Part shown: positions 1-12,319 of the stretch, in pieces
How positions within the stretch are numbered: position 1 is the stretch's first letter
How the letters are laid out: each line of letters opens with the position of its first letter
From: Octopus vulgaris
Taxonomy: Eukaryota
DNA length: 64,000 nucleotides
Reading direction: 5' to 3'
NCBI GenBank assembly: GCA_951406725.2
Contig: OX597824.1
Location: 90,148,001 to 90,212,000, forward strand
The notes under the pieces: generated by a model
The model's input: only the letters and a program-made list of their open reading frames with translations
What the model was told of the DNA's origin: nothing
Database searches by the model: none
Made by a program: the position numbers and the translations under genes

Positions 1-116
1 ATAGAATGGGAATTTTAAAGATTTGGGTTGTAACATTTTTGACTGGTACAAAAAGATTCCAGCCGGACCAAAAGAGTTAAATACATTATTAAATTGTTAT
101 GTAATTTATATTATTA

Positions 117-638
117 CTGTAAATCCTGGAGTATAATCCGCATTTTTTTCCAAAAATTTAAAGCTCAAAATCCCTAGTGCATACTATATAAGAGGTTAAA
201 AATGAAAAATATTTTCTAAGCAATGTCCCAGTCTCTATTTGCTGTCCGGCAATGTTTATTCAGACGCATTTTGTGATGTCGGGCGCGAAAATACTTTAAG
301 CTAAGCCTGAAAGCAATGAAGTCATAAAAGAATCATCCATAACTAGCAGCAAGCAACATTTATTATAATAAAAGTATTCAGAACACAGAATAACATGTAA
401 CAAAAACAATTTGCAAACATATTTACATTCCCATATAACAGTTAAGAACATCACCATTATTGTATTACGCATGCACGGAAGTGTTTGTTCGACTAGGTGC
501 TGCTGGCTTAATTACACACGACTCAAGTTAGAGAAGGGGTGCGTATCATACACAAGGTTTCGGTTTTCCAGAGGTACAGCCCCCTAAAAATCCCCTGCGT
601 ATTAGACTCAAGGACGGACTATACTCGAGGATTTACGG
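117..638. mobile_element. Tc1/mariner-pogo-type MITE
   Basis: TIRs ctgtaaatcctggagtataatccg / cggactatactcgaggatttacgg, flanked by TA on both sides; no ORF. Confidence 0.8.
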
Positions 639-744
639 TATATATATATATACATGTGTGTATGTGCGTGCGTGCGTATTTATATGAATAATGTAGTTCC
701 AATAAATGCTATTATCATTTTAATTGTCTCATTTCTAATTACAG

Positions 745-909
745 GTAATCTCTGGTCAGTTTTTATCTGATAAAAAAATTGGAACATGCGTTGAGGTGGA
801 TATGTATGGTCTACCAACTGACACCATTCGTAAGGAATTTCGCACCAAAGTAGTACCAAATAATGGTCTCAATCCAATCTATAATGATGAGCCTTTTGTC
901 TTCAGAAAG
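745..909 (+). CDS. PLCB4: Phospholipase C-beta (PLCB4/norpA-like), internal exon, start of C2 domain; gene continues upstream of the window
   Basis: acag| acceptor and |gtatga donor. Translates [55 protein letters not shown], near-identical to the PLCB4/NorpA C2 domain. Confidence 0.96.
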
Positions 910-1325
910 GTATGATGTCCTTTTTACTTTCTTTATTTTTGTTCTTCTTATTTTCTTCTTGGTGGATGAGATGTAAGAGAGGTAAATTTTTAGATTGGGA
1001 ATGAACTGTTTGATGTTTACCTTGTCAGGTATATTGCTGTGCCCCAGTATGGCCTCTGCCAATTGATTGGAATAAGTAAAGATGTTTTGTTTTTATCTTG
1101 TTTTGTTTCCGTCATTATGTTGTGGCCATGCTGGGGCAGTGCCTTTCGAAGAATTTTTAGTCAAATGAATCAACCTCAGTACTCCAGTTTTTAAATCCTG
1201 GTACTTATCCTGTTGGTCCCTTTTGCTGAACCACTAGGTTATGGGGACATAAACCCACCAACACCAGTTGTCAAATGATGGTGATATACATACATATATA
1301 TACATACATATAGATATATACATGC

Positions 1326-1396
<71 letters not shown>

Positions 1397-1934
1397 CATC
1401 ATCATCATCATCATCATTTAACGTCCGTTCTCCATGCTAGAATGGGTTGGACGGTTCGACCGGGAATCTGGGAAGCCAGAAGGCTGCACCAGGTTCCGGT
1501 CTTATCTGGCAATGTTTCTACAGCTGGATGCCCTTCCTAACGCCAATAATAGTGGAGGCAAATATATATATATTTATATATATACTTGTATGTATGTATG
1601 TATGTATGTATGTATGTATGTATGCGTGTATGTATGTGTGTACATACACATGGATATACGAGTACAGGACAAGTAACATAATGAACGACCCTTCATCAGT
1701 TGTTGGCTGTCTATCTACTCCTCATTTCGAGCATTGAACAACAATATACTCCTGCACCTATGTATAATGCAACTGCACACACACACACACACACACACAC
1801 CTACATATACACACATGTGCAATGTATACATTGCACGTGTGTGTGTTCATATACACCCCACCACATAAACACACACACACAAAAGTATACTGTTTCCGAA
1901 CTTTGTTGATTGCTATTTGGTTTTTGCCTTCCAG

Positions 1935-2034
1935 GTAGTGCTACCTGATCTGGCAGTTCTTCGGATTGCTGTGTATGAAGACACTGGTAAACTGATCGGT
2001 CAGCGGATCCTGCCATTGGACGGATTACAAGCTG
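1935..2034 (+). CDS. PLCB4: PLC-beta exon (C2 domain)
   Basis: ccag| ... |gtaagt. [33 protein letters not shown](G); phase 0 in, phase 1 out. Confidence 0.96.
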
Positions 2035-2375
2035 GTAAGTGGACTTCATTGGATCTTTGGTGGGAAGATCAGTGTCGGTCAGGGTCTGATTTTTTTTTTT
2101 ATAAGTGGGATGAACAAGTGTACCCAGGGCTACAATATCGAGTGTGCCCCTTCAACCAATAAAGTACCTTCTATTCTGTAGGTTGATCTGCTGAGCACAG
2201 CAGCCAAATCTCCCTCGAAATCCCCACAGAAAGAGAGGTCTATGGTTGGTACACCTTTGACTGTATATCTACTGAATCATATCTAAACAACCCCCACACT
2301 TTTTGGCCCTTACATAATTAACCTGATGACAGTTTATTAAAAAGGTATTTTCTTTCCTTCTTCTCATCCACTCAG

Positions 2376-2480
2376 GCTATCGGCATATATCACTACGAAC
2401 AGAAGGCAATTTCCCCCTATCATTACCGACAGTTTTCTGTCGAATCATCCTGAAGACCTATGTCCCAGAAGGCTTTGAAG
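2376..2480 (+). CDS. PLCB4: PLC-beta exon (end of C2 domain)
   Basis: ctcag| ... |gtaatt. (G)[34 protein letters not shown]; phase-consistent with both neighbours. Confidence 0.96.
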
Positions 2481-2884
2481 GTAATTTATCAACATTTTTA
2501 TCCTATTTCTTCCTTTCTTCTTTTTTTGGCTATTATTATTATTGTTGTTGTTTGTTCCTTCTCGAGCCATGCCTGGGTCATACGGGCCGGTGTCCTGGTT
2601 TCTTGGTGTATAGGTTCCCCACTTGGACAGGACGCTGGTCTGTCGCAGGTGAGCTGCAAGATGTAGGAGGAAAGAGTGAGAGAAAGTTGTGGCAAAATAG
2701 TCAGCAGAAGTTTCACCATTACCTTCTGCCGGAGCTGCATCGAGGTTAGGTGTGTCGCTCATAAACACACACATCGTCCGGTCTGAGATTCAAACCCACG
2801 ATCCCTCGACCGCGAGTCCGCTGCTCTAACCACTAGGCCATGTGCCTCCACTATTATTATTTTATTATTATTAGTGCAACAGAG

Positions 2885-3130
2885 CAGATACCAGCCTGCC
2901 TGGAGCAAAACTTGACTGAATTCGGACTGGACAAGTGTACCGCCATGCATTTTGGGAGGAAAAGCCCAACATCCACATACTCTCTCCACAGCACTAATAT
3001 CAAGAAGTCTTCTTGTGAACGTGACCTGGGCGTTACTGTCAGCAGCGATTTGCACTGGACAAAGCACATCTCTAAAATTGTATAACCGTCTCCAATGCCA
3101 TAAAGATTTCAATGGGAATATTCCAGGGAG
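2885..3130 (+). mobile_element. CR1/L2-type LINE reverse transcriptase fragment
   Basis: KCTAMHFGRKSPTSTYSL...ERDLGVTVSSDLHW..HI is the post-YxDD RT region of CR1/L2 clades; frameshifted and truncated. Confidence 0.75.
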
Positions 3131-3833
3131 ATAGTCTCTCTGTACTTCTATTCATTTTGGTATTAAACCCATTAATCATTCCTGCTATAAAAAACCAAAT
3201 GACTACATGCTAGGGTTTGCAACTGCAAGAGATATTAATGTAACCCATAATTTCTTTGTAAGATGACCTTAAGGTTTACACTAAAATCGTTAACAATGCC
3301 AAAACACAAATGTATTTTGTAGCCAGATTTGTCCCTGCTGACATGTAAAAAGCACCGTCCGAACATGGCAGATTCCAGCACCACCTGACTGGCGTCCATG
3401 TTGGTGACAGGTAAAAAGCACCAACCGATTGTGGCTGTTTGCCAGCCTCGCCTGGCACCTGTGCCAGTGACACGTAAAAAACACCCACTACACTCACGGA
3501 GTGGTTGGCATTAGGAAGGGCAGCTGTGGAAACACTGCCAGATCAGACTGGAGCCTGGTGCAGCCGCCTGGCTTCCCAGGCCCCAATCAAACTGTCCAAC
3601 CCATGCCAGCATGGAAAGCGGACGTTAAACAATGATGATGATGATGATATCACCTTGCTTCTAATCCACACCAAATATGTTTTCATTCTTTATTAAAATC
3701 TATTAAGTCTTCTAGAAGCTAATCCTCTTCTTCCTCCTCTGCTGTAATTTTCAATTTCATGGCTAATATATGCCATGTTTGTCTGATGAAGAAGCTAACA
3801 CATCCATGCCTATTTTTTTTTTTTACCCAACAG

Positions 3834-4097
3834 ATTTTGTGTCTGCCGTGTCAGCACCAATCCAGTTTCAATCCATGGCAGACAAGAGAGAGCAACTTAT
3901 GCTCGGGATGGGGATCGATGAAAATGATATCGGGGATGTACCTGTGGCAAAAGAGAAAAATAAATCTACCCAGAATGAAAATGTCAAACCAACTCCTCAG
4001 ACACCAAACGGCCCTTCCAAAGACCAAGTGAAGGAAATTCCTAAACAGTCCAAACAGATGACATCATCATCACAACCTCCACCTGCCAAAAAAGAGG
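3834..4097 (+). CDS. PLCB4: PLC-beta exon (proximal CTD and linker)
   Basis: Polypyrimidine tract then cag| ... |gtcggt. (D)FVSAVSAPIQFQSMADKREQLMLGMGIDENDIGDVP...PPPAKKE; the MGI..DI.DVP motif is typical of PLCB4. Confidence 0.9.
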
Positions 4098-4283
4098 GTC
4101 GGTATTTTCCTCTGTTTTCTTGCTTTTTTAGTTTGTTTTTATATTTGTTGTTGCAGTTTAACCCTTTTGATACTGACCCAGCTGGAACTGCCTCTCGCTC
4201 TGTGGTACTATGTCTTGTTTTCAAAAGTTCTGAATTAGATTTATATTTAAGATTAATGGAAAAGGTGAAGAAGGAAATTAATC

Positions 4284-5090
4284 AGCAGAAGACATGAGAG
4301 AAGGAGACCTCAATGTGGTCACTCTATATGCTAGAAATAATAGCCTATATTTCCCTCAATCCCAACCCTTCCAACTGCTTCTAATGTACATCTGCCTAAA
4401 TGTAGAATTATGTTTAACCCTTTCAATACCAATCTGGCTGAAACCGTTTCTGGTTCTGTAGTACGAATGTCTCTTTTTCAAAAGTTCTGAATTAAAATCG
4501 TCCACCAAACCTTAATCACAATTTATGTTCCTAACACTAGCTTAATGATAACGAAATTATTTTACTAAATTCTTTGTTATATTTAAAATTAATTGAAAGA
4601 AACACAGAGCATCTCAACAGAAAAACGGTAACAAAAGGGTTAAGAAGAAAAATATTTAGCAGAAGACATGAGAGAAGGAGACCTCCATGTGGTCCCTCTA
4701 TATACTAGAAATGATAGCCTAAATTTCCTTCAATCCCTACCCTTCCAATTGCTTCTAATGTGCATCTGTCCAAATATAGAGGTGTGCTTAACCCTTTCAA
4801 TACCAACCTGGTTCAAACTGCCTCTGGCTCTATAGTACAAATGTCTTGTTTTCATAAGTTTTGAATTAAAAACTTCCTCCAAACCTTAGTCACAGTTTAT
4901 GTTCCTAACACTAGCTGAATGATAACAAAGGTATTTTATTAAATTCTTTGTTATATTAAAATTAATTGAAAGAAACTCAGAACATCCCAACAGAAATATG
5001 GTAACAAAAGGGTTAAGAAGAAAAATAATCAGCAGAAGACATAAAAGGAGACCTCAATGTGGTCACCATATATGCTAGAAATAACAGAAA
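4284..5090 (+). repeat. Tandem duplication of a ~374-bp unit containing the piggyBac-like MITE
   Basis: agcagaagacat...ggagacctc.atgtggtc recurs at 4284, 4658 and 5031. Confidence 0.85.
4414..4643. mobile_element. piggyBac-like MITE; further copies at 4788-5016, ~11200-11428 and ~35930-36035
   Basis: TTAA|CCCTTT ... AAAGGG|TTAA termini; several near-identical copies in the window. Confidence 0.75.
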
Positions 5091-5368
5091 TATGGTAACA
5101 AAAGGAATAAATTCAGTCAGTATGAAAACATGTAGACATGTGCAAATTTGTTTCTTTCATTGCAATTTTGGAGCTTTGCTCAACACATTATTTTAATTGG
5201 TACCTGGGGGTATTGCCTTACTAGCAACTCTGACTTACTAACTTACAATTTAGCAGCCTTGCTCAGCAATCTGATAGTTTTTAAACAAATGTGTGGTCAT
5301 TTAACATACTAGAAATAAGAAGTCAACTATAAGCAATCCTTGAAAACCTGTGTTTCTCATATTTACAG

Positions 5369-5597
5369 AGGAGCTTCAGTTTGACAAGATAACACGTGAG
5401 AGTCTGATGCAGGAGAAAGTCTACGTCCGTTTGATAAAAAAACAGCAGAGAGAGGTGGAGATAATGAAGAAGAAACACCAGAAAGAAAAATGTGTGATGT
5501 CCAAACAGCAATGTACCTCTGTCGAGAAAATGACGGCACTCCATGAGAAAGAGAAGGCAGCCATGGAGAAATCATGGGAGAAGTTAAAGAAGAAAAA
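5369..5597 (+). CDS. PLCB4: PLC-beta exon (distal CTD coiled coil)
   Basis: tacag| ... |gtgagg. EELQFDKITRESLMQEKVYVRLIKKQQREVEIMKKKHQKEK...QCTSVEKM... Confidence 0.92.
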
Positions 5598-5719
5598 GTG
5601 AGGATTTGCCATTATTTTCTCATTTCATTTACCATTTCTCTTCCAATAATTATCTTCTGCATCACTTTTCTTTTCTTCTTCCTTCGTTTATATCTTTTAT
5701 TTATTTTAATTTTACGTAG

Positions 5720-6053
5720 TTGTGATACCCGTGCTGGTGGCATGTAAAAAGCACCATCCGAATCTGGCCGATGCCAGCACCGCCTTAACTGGCATCCGTG
5801 CCGGTGGCACATAAAAAGCACCAACTGATCGTGGCCGTTTGCTAGCCTCCTCTGGCCCCTGTGCCGGTGACACTTAAAAAGCACCCACTACACTCACAGA
5901 GTGGTTGGCGTTAGGAAGGGCAACCAGCTGTAGAAACACTGCCAGGTCAGACTGGAGACTGGTGCAGCCCCTTGACTTTCCAGATCCCGGTCGAACCGTC
6001 CAACCCATGCTAGCATGGAAAAACGGACGTTAAACGATGATGATGATGATGAT
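5720..6053 (+). mobile_element. SINE-like element with internal hairpin repeats and (GAT)n tail; also ~1397-1547, 3340-3648, 7847-8056, 26270-26570, 33800-34685, 42575-43035, 43855-44035, 52040-52370
   Basis: Shared body gtggttggcgttaggaagggcatccagctgtagaaa...ccaacccatgctagcatggaaa..ggacgttaaacgatgatg in many copies on both strands. Confidence 0.85.
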
Positions 6054-6599
6054 GTGGCTGTGTGGTAAGAAGTTTGCTTCCCAACCACATAGATCCAGGT
6101 TCAATCCCACTGTGTTGCAACTCGGGCAAGTGTCTTGTGAGTGGATTTGGTGGACGGAAACTGAAAGAAGCTCATCAAATATGCATGTGTGTGTGTGTGT
6201 GTGTGTGTAAGACCACGGAAGATGTATATATAACAGCTTGAAGATACTGCAGAAGATGTTGGATGCCAAGTTGAAGACTTAAAAACACTAATGGGAGATT
6301 GGGAGGGATGGAGAGAGGTTGTCAGGCTGACCTGGGCAATCAGCATGACTGGATGATGCTTTGATTAAAAAAAAAAAGGTAGGGCTTATATTTAGAAAGA
6401 AGTTAAGAGTTGATGGTTATGACTTTTCTGTCAAACCCTCACCCTTACCTCAGACAGGTGACATTTATGTGGTTGAAGAAAACTAAAATCTTGTGGTGGT
6501 AAAGGGAAGCTAAATGAGATTTTAAAGTTGGTTAATGAAGTTCTGAAGGCTCTGTTGTTTGTTCTCTCTGACTTTGTGATTTTTTGTCTGCCATTACAG

Positions 6600-6666
6600 T
6601 GATGATACCACCTTAAATAGTAAGGAAGATAAACTCCAAGCACTGATAGCTGCTCAAAAATCAAAG
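6600..6666 (+). CDS. PLCB4: PLC-beta short exon (distal CTD)
   Basis: ttacag| ... |gtaaga. (N)DDTTLNSKEDKLQALIAAQKSK; bridges phase 2 of the previous exon to phase 0 of the next. Confidence 0.85.
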
Positions 6667-6740
6667 GTAAGATGAGCTTTGAGGAAATTATTCTTCCTCA
6701 TAATATTTGTGAATGTAATTGTGTGTGAATGAGAACATAA

Positions 6741-6775
<35 letters not shown>

Positions 6776-6900
6776 AAGAAATGGTCTTTAGATTTCATCT
6801 GATGTGATGAACTTCCAAGATTAACAAACACTTCTTCTTCCTGTTTGTCTGTTAAATCAAGGCTTCACTATATATGAAATGATATTCCTAAATAATTAAA

Positions 6901-7120
6901 CATATTCTGTTGTGTCTGGGGAGAGTCATTTTCTTTTCTCTGTGTATAAACAGATAGTCAAAACTATTGAAAAGGTTGCAAAACACAACGAAAATTTTAG
7001 GAAAATAAAAATAAGAAATAAGTGGAAATTTTACCGGTGAGTGTGTTAAATAATAAGGTACAAAAAGAAAATGACTCTCCCCAGACACAACAGAATAAGC
7101 TTCAACACACGAACTCATAT
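6901..7120. mobile_element. Short element with inverted terminal segment, flanked by a 24-bp direct repeat (Penelope-like)
   Basis: aaatgatattcctaaataattaaa at 6877-6900 and 7121-7144; 6902-6937 is the reverse complement of ~7063-7097; same family as 16885-17200. Confidence 0.7.
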
Positions 7121-7666
7121 AAATGATATTCCTAAATAATTAAATATATATATTTATCGTTGCTATTAAGTTAAACTGTTGTATGTCCAAATTCACACAA
7201 ATACTTCCTTTGGTCAAACTATCGTATCTCCTACCACTTCAGATGCCAAGATATCAAAAATTGTCAAAGTGTATTACAACGGTTTTGATGTGGAATGGTG
7301 AAACTATTTTTTCGTTTTCTGAAAAAGCAACGTTTTACATAATAGCATAATAGCAGCGATATAAACACACATGTTAAAGTACTCATGCTGGTACCACATA
7401 CAAAGCACCAAAGACCATTCTGTGGCACGACTGGCATTAGGGAGGGCAAACCATATCAGAACAGACAATGGTGAGGCCCCTGTTACCAGCTCCCAGTTAA
7501 ACGATCTAACCTATGCCAGCATGGAAAATGTAGCTTGAATGTTGATGATGATGAGGATGATGATTGTGTGTGTGTGTGTGTGTGTGTGTATAGGTGTCCC
7601 TTATTTTGCTTTCCTGGAATTCTTGCCTTAGCATGAAACCAATTTTCTCATTGACTTTCATGTTAC

Positions 7667-7725
<59 letters not shown>

Positions 7726-8542
7726 TTACTTACTGAGTTCCTTTCAAGTGTTGGGCCTCAGATAGGCAATGACCAAGATTTTTGGCATTATGTCTTGCTT
7801 GAGAAGAAGACCCATCAAGCTGAGCAAAATCAGTCACGGTAGATACTGGTGTCACACAAATGGCACTTGTGCTGGTGGCATGTAAAAGCACCCATTACAC
7901 TCTCAAAGTGGTTGGCATTAGGAAGGGCATCCAGCCATAGAAAACCATGCCAAATCAGACTGGAGTCTGGTGCAGCCTTCCAGCTTGCCAGCCCCTGGTC
8001 AAACTGTCCAGCCGATGCCAGTATGGAAAATGGACGTTAAATGATGATGATGATGATATGTTCCCAACCACATGGTCTTGGGTTCAGTCCCACTACATGG
8101 AACCTTGAGCAAGTGTCTTCTACTATGACCTTGGATCAACCAAAGCCTTAAGTAGCTTTGGAAGGTGGAAACTGAAAGAAGCCCACTGTGTGTGTGTGTG
8201 TGTGCATGTGTGTGTGCATGTGGATGTTTATCTCTTGTTGCCTTGACATTGCACGATTGTTGTAAACGAGTGTCACTGTCATACAAGCAGTGTAATTCAT
8301 TTCCAAGATTCTGTGAAAAACATGACCAGTCATAGAAAAATATTACCTGGCTTAGAAATAGGAAGGGCATTCAGCCATAGAAAATTTGCTTAAAAATGCT
8401 CCAGCTGACCCATGGGAAGATGGACATTAAAACAATGATGTTAATGATGATGATGTACATTACACAAAATTACACCCTCTTGCCCCATACACATGCACAC
8501 AGACTCTTGTTAATTAGGCTGTATTTGTTGACCTTTGTGCAG

Positions 8543-8718
8543 GTAAACCTTCTGGTGTCCGAACACACCAAAGAATGGTCAGACATGATTGCCAGACAAT
8601 TGAAGGAGGAACATGAGCTGAACAAGGCCCACATTTTACAGCAGAACACCACAAATAATCGGCTTGTGGAGGAAGTACAACAGACCCAGTTGAAGGAATT
8701 GGAACTGAAACAAGACAG
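8543..8718 (+). CDS. PLCB4: PLC-beta exon (distal CTD)
   Basis: gcag| ... |gtaaga. VNLLVSEHTKEWSDMIARQLKEEHELNKAHILQQ...LKELELKQD(R); HTKEWS.M motif of PLCB4. Confidence 0.93.
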
Positions 8719-9557
8719 GTAAGAATACACCTGTGCAGGTGTACAGAATGATATAAACAGAGTAATATTGTCATTGTTTAACCCTCGGTCAGTTTTGATC
8801 AAGCTGTTCCATGATCAAAGACTTTAAAACCGTGACTACCTCATCTTATTCTTCATACATAGTATATCTGGGACTGTGGAGGCGCTATGACCCAGTGGTT
8901 AGGGCAGTGGGCTTACGGTCAGAGGATCGTGGTTTCGATTCCCAGATCAGGCATTGTGTGTGTTTATTGAGCGAAAACACCTAAAAGCTCCAAGAGGCTC
9001 CGGCAGGGGGTGGTGGCGACCCCTGTTGTACACTTTCGCCACAACTTTCTCTCACTCTCTCTTCCTGTTTCTTGAGTAACGCTGCGATGGACTGGTGTCC
9101 CGTCCAGCTGGGGGGAACACAGAAACCAGGAAACTGGGCCCATGAGCCTGACTAGGCTTGAAAAAGGCGACATTTATCGTTTATGTGTTTGTTTACATTT
9201 GCTCTCCCCAAGTGGTGGTGTTGTTGTTGCTGTTACTCCTGTCAACAAGTCATCTGCTTATTTTGTGTCTTTGAATTTGTTAAAAACAGAAAAGAATAAG
9301 CAACAGCAAGACTGTCCAGTTGTAATAGCAATACCTCAGTAATATACTCATCTAACCCATGCTACCATGGGAAAACAGACGTTAAAACAGACAACCTAAT
9401 GAAGAGAGAATACAGTGATAGTGATAATGAATGTGAACATTATGATGAAGGAAAATACCTGAGAGGAATGTGTTGCATACAAGCATGATAGGCATTCACC
9501 TATGTAACGAGATAAGAATCTTTGAGTACCTGAGATTACCTACATTATTATTCATCA

Positions 9558-9915
9558 TCATTGTTCGACCGTGGTCGAGACAATGGAATTCACTATGTTA
9601 CGCCAGACTTCACGGTCCATCATAGCATTACGGAGGTCCTGTTGCTGGATGGCTGTATCCCTGGAGATTGCATCAGGGTAGGAGAGTGTCTGCCCTCTGG
9701 CATTGCGAGCAGATGGCTTCCAGAAGAGAAGAGTAGAAATTACCTCATTTTCAGCTCTACAACAATGTCCAGCAAACTGGTCTCTCCTACCTTTCATAAG
9801 AGATGATACAGATGGTAATTTCCCATATATTTGTACTTTGGTTGGATGACGCTTCCACGAGAGATTTTGAGCTCTCATAAGGGGGCGAGTGTAAGTTCCA
9901 TCCAACATTATCATT
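9558..9915 (-). mobile_element. RTE-clade LINE 3' end (ORF2 C-terminus)
   Basis: LDGTYTR.LMRAQNLSWK.H.T...IYG.LP.VS......R..FAGHC.R......LL.W.P ... AM.DRE.WR is typical of RTE-like C-termini; short (tga)n tail. Confidence 0.8.
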
Positions 9916-10161
9916 AGGCAAACCTTCACTCAAAGGGGTATTTATAATTATGAAAATATGCAAGGCAGGTAACTCCAAATCAACAAATTGAAGATTTTGG
10001 AGGGAAACAAAGACAACGCAGATGGTAGTGGAACAATAGATTCATTTTGATCTGATTAGAATTCTTCAATAACGATGCGTATTTTACTGAATTCAGGTAA
10101 AAATAATAATATTGTCCTAACTTCACAAAAAAAAAAACAACCTGTTTTTTTCCAATTCCAG

Positions 10162-10263
10162 AGACAACAAAGAACTGAGGACGATCCAAGCCAAACAATC
10201 GATGGAGTCTAGCAAAGCTGTACTGAATGATAAATCAATCAAGAACAAAGCTGAAAGAGACAG
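10162..10263 (+). CDS. PLCB4: PLC-beta exon (distal CTD)
   Basis: ccag| ... |gtaagt. [33 protein letters not shown](R); [10 protein letters not shown] is as in PLCB4. Confidence 0.95.
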
Positions 10264-11565
10264 GTAAGTAACTGTCAAAGTGGGAGGTGGTGGCTGCGGG
10301 GGAAGGGGGCATCGGTGACAGCAGTGGTGGCAGAGGCAGTAGCAGCAGCAGCAGGGGTGGTGGCAAAACTGTTTAGCCCCAGGCATTTTTCTCAGACTCA
10401 ATGTGGTGGAATCATTTGCATGCTGAGCAAAAACAGCAGTATTTTGCCCATTGGTTCCTTTCTGAGTTCAAATTCTGCCGAGGCTGACTTTGCCCTTTTA
10501 TCCTTTGGGAGGGGTCAGTGAATTAAGTACCAGTTGCATACTGGGAGTCGATCTAATCGACTGTTCCCCACCACTCCTTCCAAAATTTCGAGCCTTGAGC
10601 CTTTAGTAGAAAGGATCCTTAGAACTACATCTACTACTACTACTACTGCTGCTGCTACTACTACTACCCTCATGTTTTGTGTTTTAACATTTTGCTTCCA
10701 ATCAGCCTAATGTCTAAATGCCTTCAGCAGTTCCCATTCTATTATTCTTATTTCTTTATTGCCCACAAGGGGCTAAACATAGAGGGGACAAACAAGGACA
10801 GACAAGGGGATGAAGTCGATTACATCGACCCCAGTGTGTAACCGGTACTTAATTTATCGACCCCGAAAGGAAGAAAAGCAAAGTCGACCTCGGCGGAATT
10901 TGAACTCAGAACGTAACAGCAGACGAAATACCGCTGAGCATTCGCTCGGCGTGCTAACGTTTCTGCCCGAAGCTGTTTCAGCCAGAAGCTGTGGCCATAC
11001 TCAGCTACCACAATACACAGCAACACATACTTATTTAAGACCCTCTTCCCAGCTCTGCCTACAGAATCACTCCTGACAAAGTAGTGAGTTGGATAAGGTT
11101 ACACTTGTTTGTGTTTCTTGCCACGATGCAGATTAATCTAGTATATCTGATAAAATATCTATTTCCCAGATTGAGTCCCAACTTAGAAACTTTATAAGTC
11201 CTACCCTTTCGTTACTGTATTTATTTGAGATGCTCTGTGTTTCTTTCAGTTATTTTAAATATAACAAAGAATTTAGTAAAATAACTTAGTTATCATTCAA
11301 GCTAGTATTAGAAATATAAATTGCGACTAAGGTTTGGTGGTATATTTTGATGCAAAACTTATGAAAACAAGACATTTGTACTACAGAGCCAGAGCTGGTT
11401 TTGGCCGGGTTGGTAACGAAAGGGTTAATCTTAACAACTTTACCTTTTCCTGTATTGTCAAATGTGAAAACCATGAAAACAAAAGAAGCTCATCTTCCCA
11501 AAACTTCTAAGTTTAAAAGTTTAAATGTTGTTAAAATGCCAATAAATAATCTCAGCTGCTTAAGC

Positions 11566-11955
11566 AGGAGTGGCTGTGTGGTATGTAGCTTGCTTACCAA
11601 CCACATGGTTCTGAGTTCAGTTCCACTGCATTGCACCTTGGGAAAGTGTCTTCTACTATAGACTCAAGCTGACCAAAACCTTATGAGTGGATTTGGTAGA
11701 TGGAAACTGAAAGAAGCCTGTCGTATATATGTGTGTGTGTGTGTGTGCGAGTATATGTTTGTGTGTCTGTGTTTGTCCCCCTCCCACTATCACTTAACAA
11801 CCGATGTTGGTGTGTTTATGTCCCCTGTAACTTAGCGGTTCGGCAAAAGAGAACTGATAGAATAAAAACTAGGCTTACAAGGAACAAGTCCTGGGGTCGA
11901 TTTGTTCGACTAAAGGCAGTGCTCCAGTATGGCCACGGTCAAATGAATAAAAGAA
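11566..11955 (+). mobile_element. tRNA-derived SINE family A; also ~36402-36845, 39008-39420, 39424-39768, 46500-46880, 63270-63645, 63700-64000
   Basis: A box (tggctgtgtggt) and B box (ggttcagtcc) head, shared body gagtggatttggtagacggaaactgaaagaagcc, internal (TG)/(TA) microsatellite, common 3' end. Confidence 0.88.
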
Positions 11956-12008
11956 TATAATCTGTTGTTGAGTTTAATCTGGTTTTGTTATGGCGTTTTA
12001 TATTACAG

Positions 12009-12153
12009 GAGGATAAGAGAACTGAACGAGAACAATACGAAGAAATTTATTGAAGAAAGGAAACGTTTAGCTGTAAAACATTCCAGGCAGGTAGAAGCCA
12101 TTAAGAAAGTTCATAGCCAACAAGCAGAAGAGTTGCAAAAGGAGAATGAAAAA
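12009..12153 (+). CDS. PLCB4: PLC-beta penultimate coding exon
   Basis: tacag| ... |gtaaga. RIRELNENNTKKFIEERKRLAVKHSRQVEAIKKVHSQQAEELQKENEK. Confidence 0.95.
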
Positions 12154-12319
12154 GTAAGATCCCCTTCCTTAATATTGCAGATATCTTCTCTATACAAATA
12201 GTAACCATGTCAATGATAGGGGTAAAATATGAGTTTTAAATTAATCAAATAATTATATATATATTAATTATGTTAATTGATGCTGAAAGAGTTAGAAGGG
12301 CCAGACAATGCAAAATGGA

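Noticed and set aside
811-1062. Minus-strand ORFs overlapping PLC-beta exons (also 3997-4224, 5323-5612, 8470-8802)
   Set aside because: Antisense shadows of real exons.
2323-2329. Isolated CTGATGA heptamers (also ~3783 and ~61544)
   Set aside because: No downstream helix II plus GAAA; expected by chance.
5720-5890. CRISPR-like repeat-spacer pattern with palindromic repeats (also 33942-34620 and 42720-43035)
   Set aside because: Intervening segments are homologous or identical, the arrays sit inside a dispersed eukaryotic SINE, and no cas genes are present.
11566-11640. tRNA-like A/B boxes as tRNA genes (many sites)
   Set aside because: They are SINE heads continuing into shared SINE bodies and lack a closed acceptor stem.
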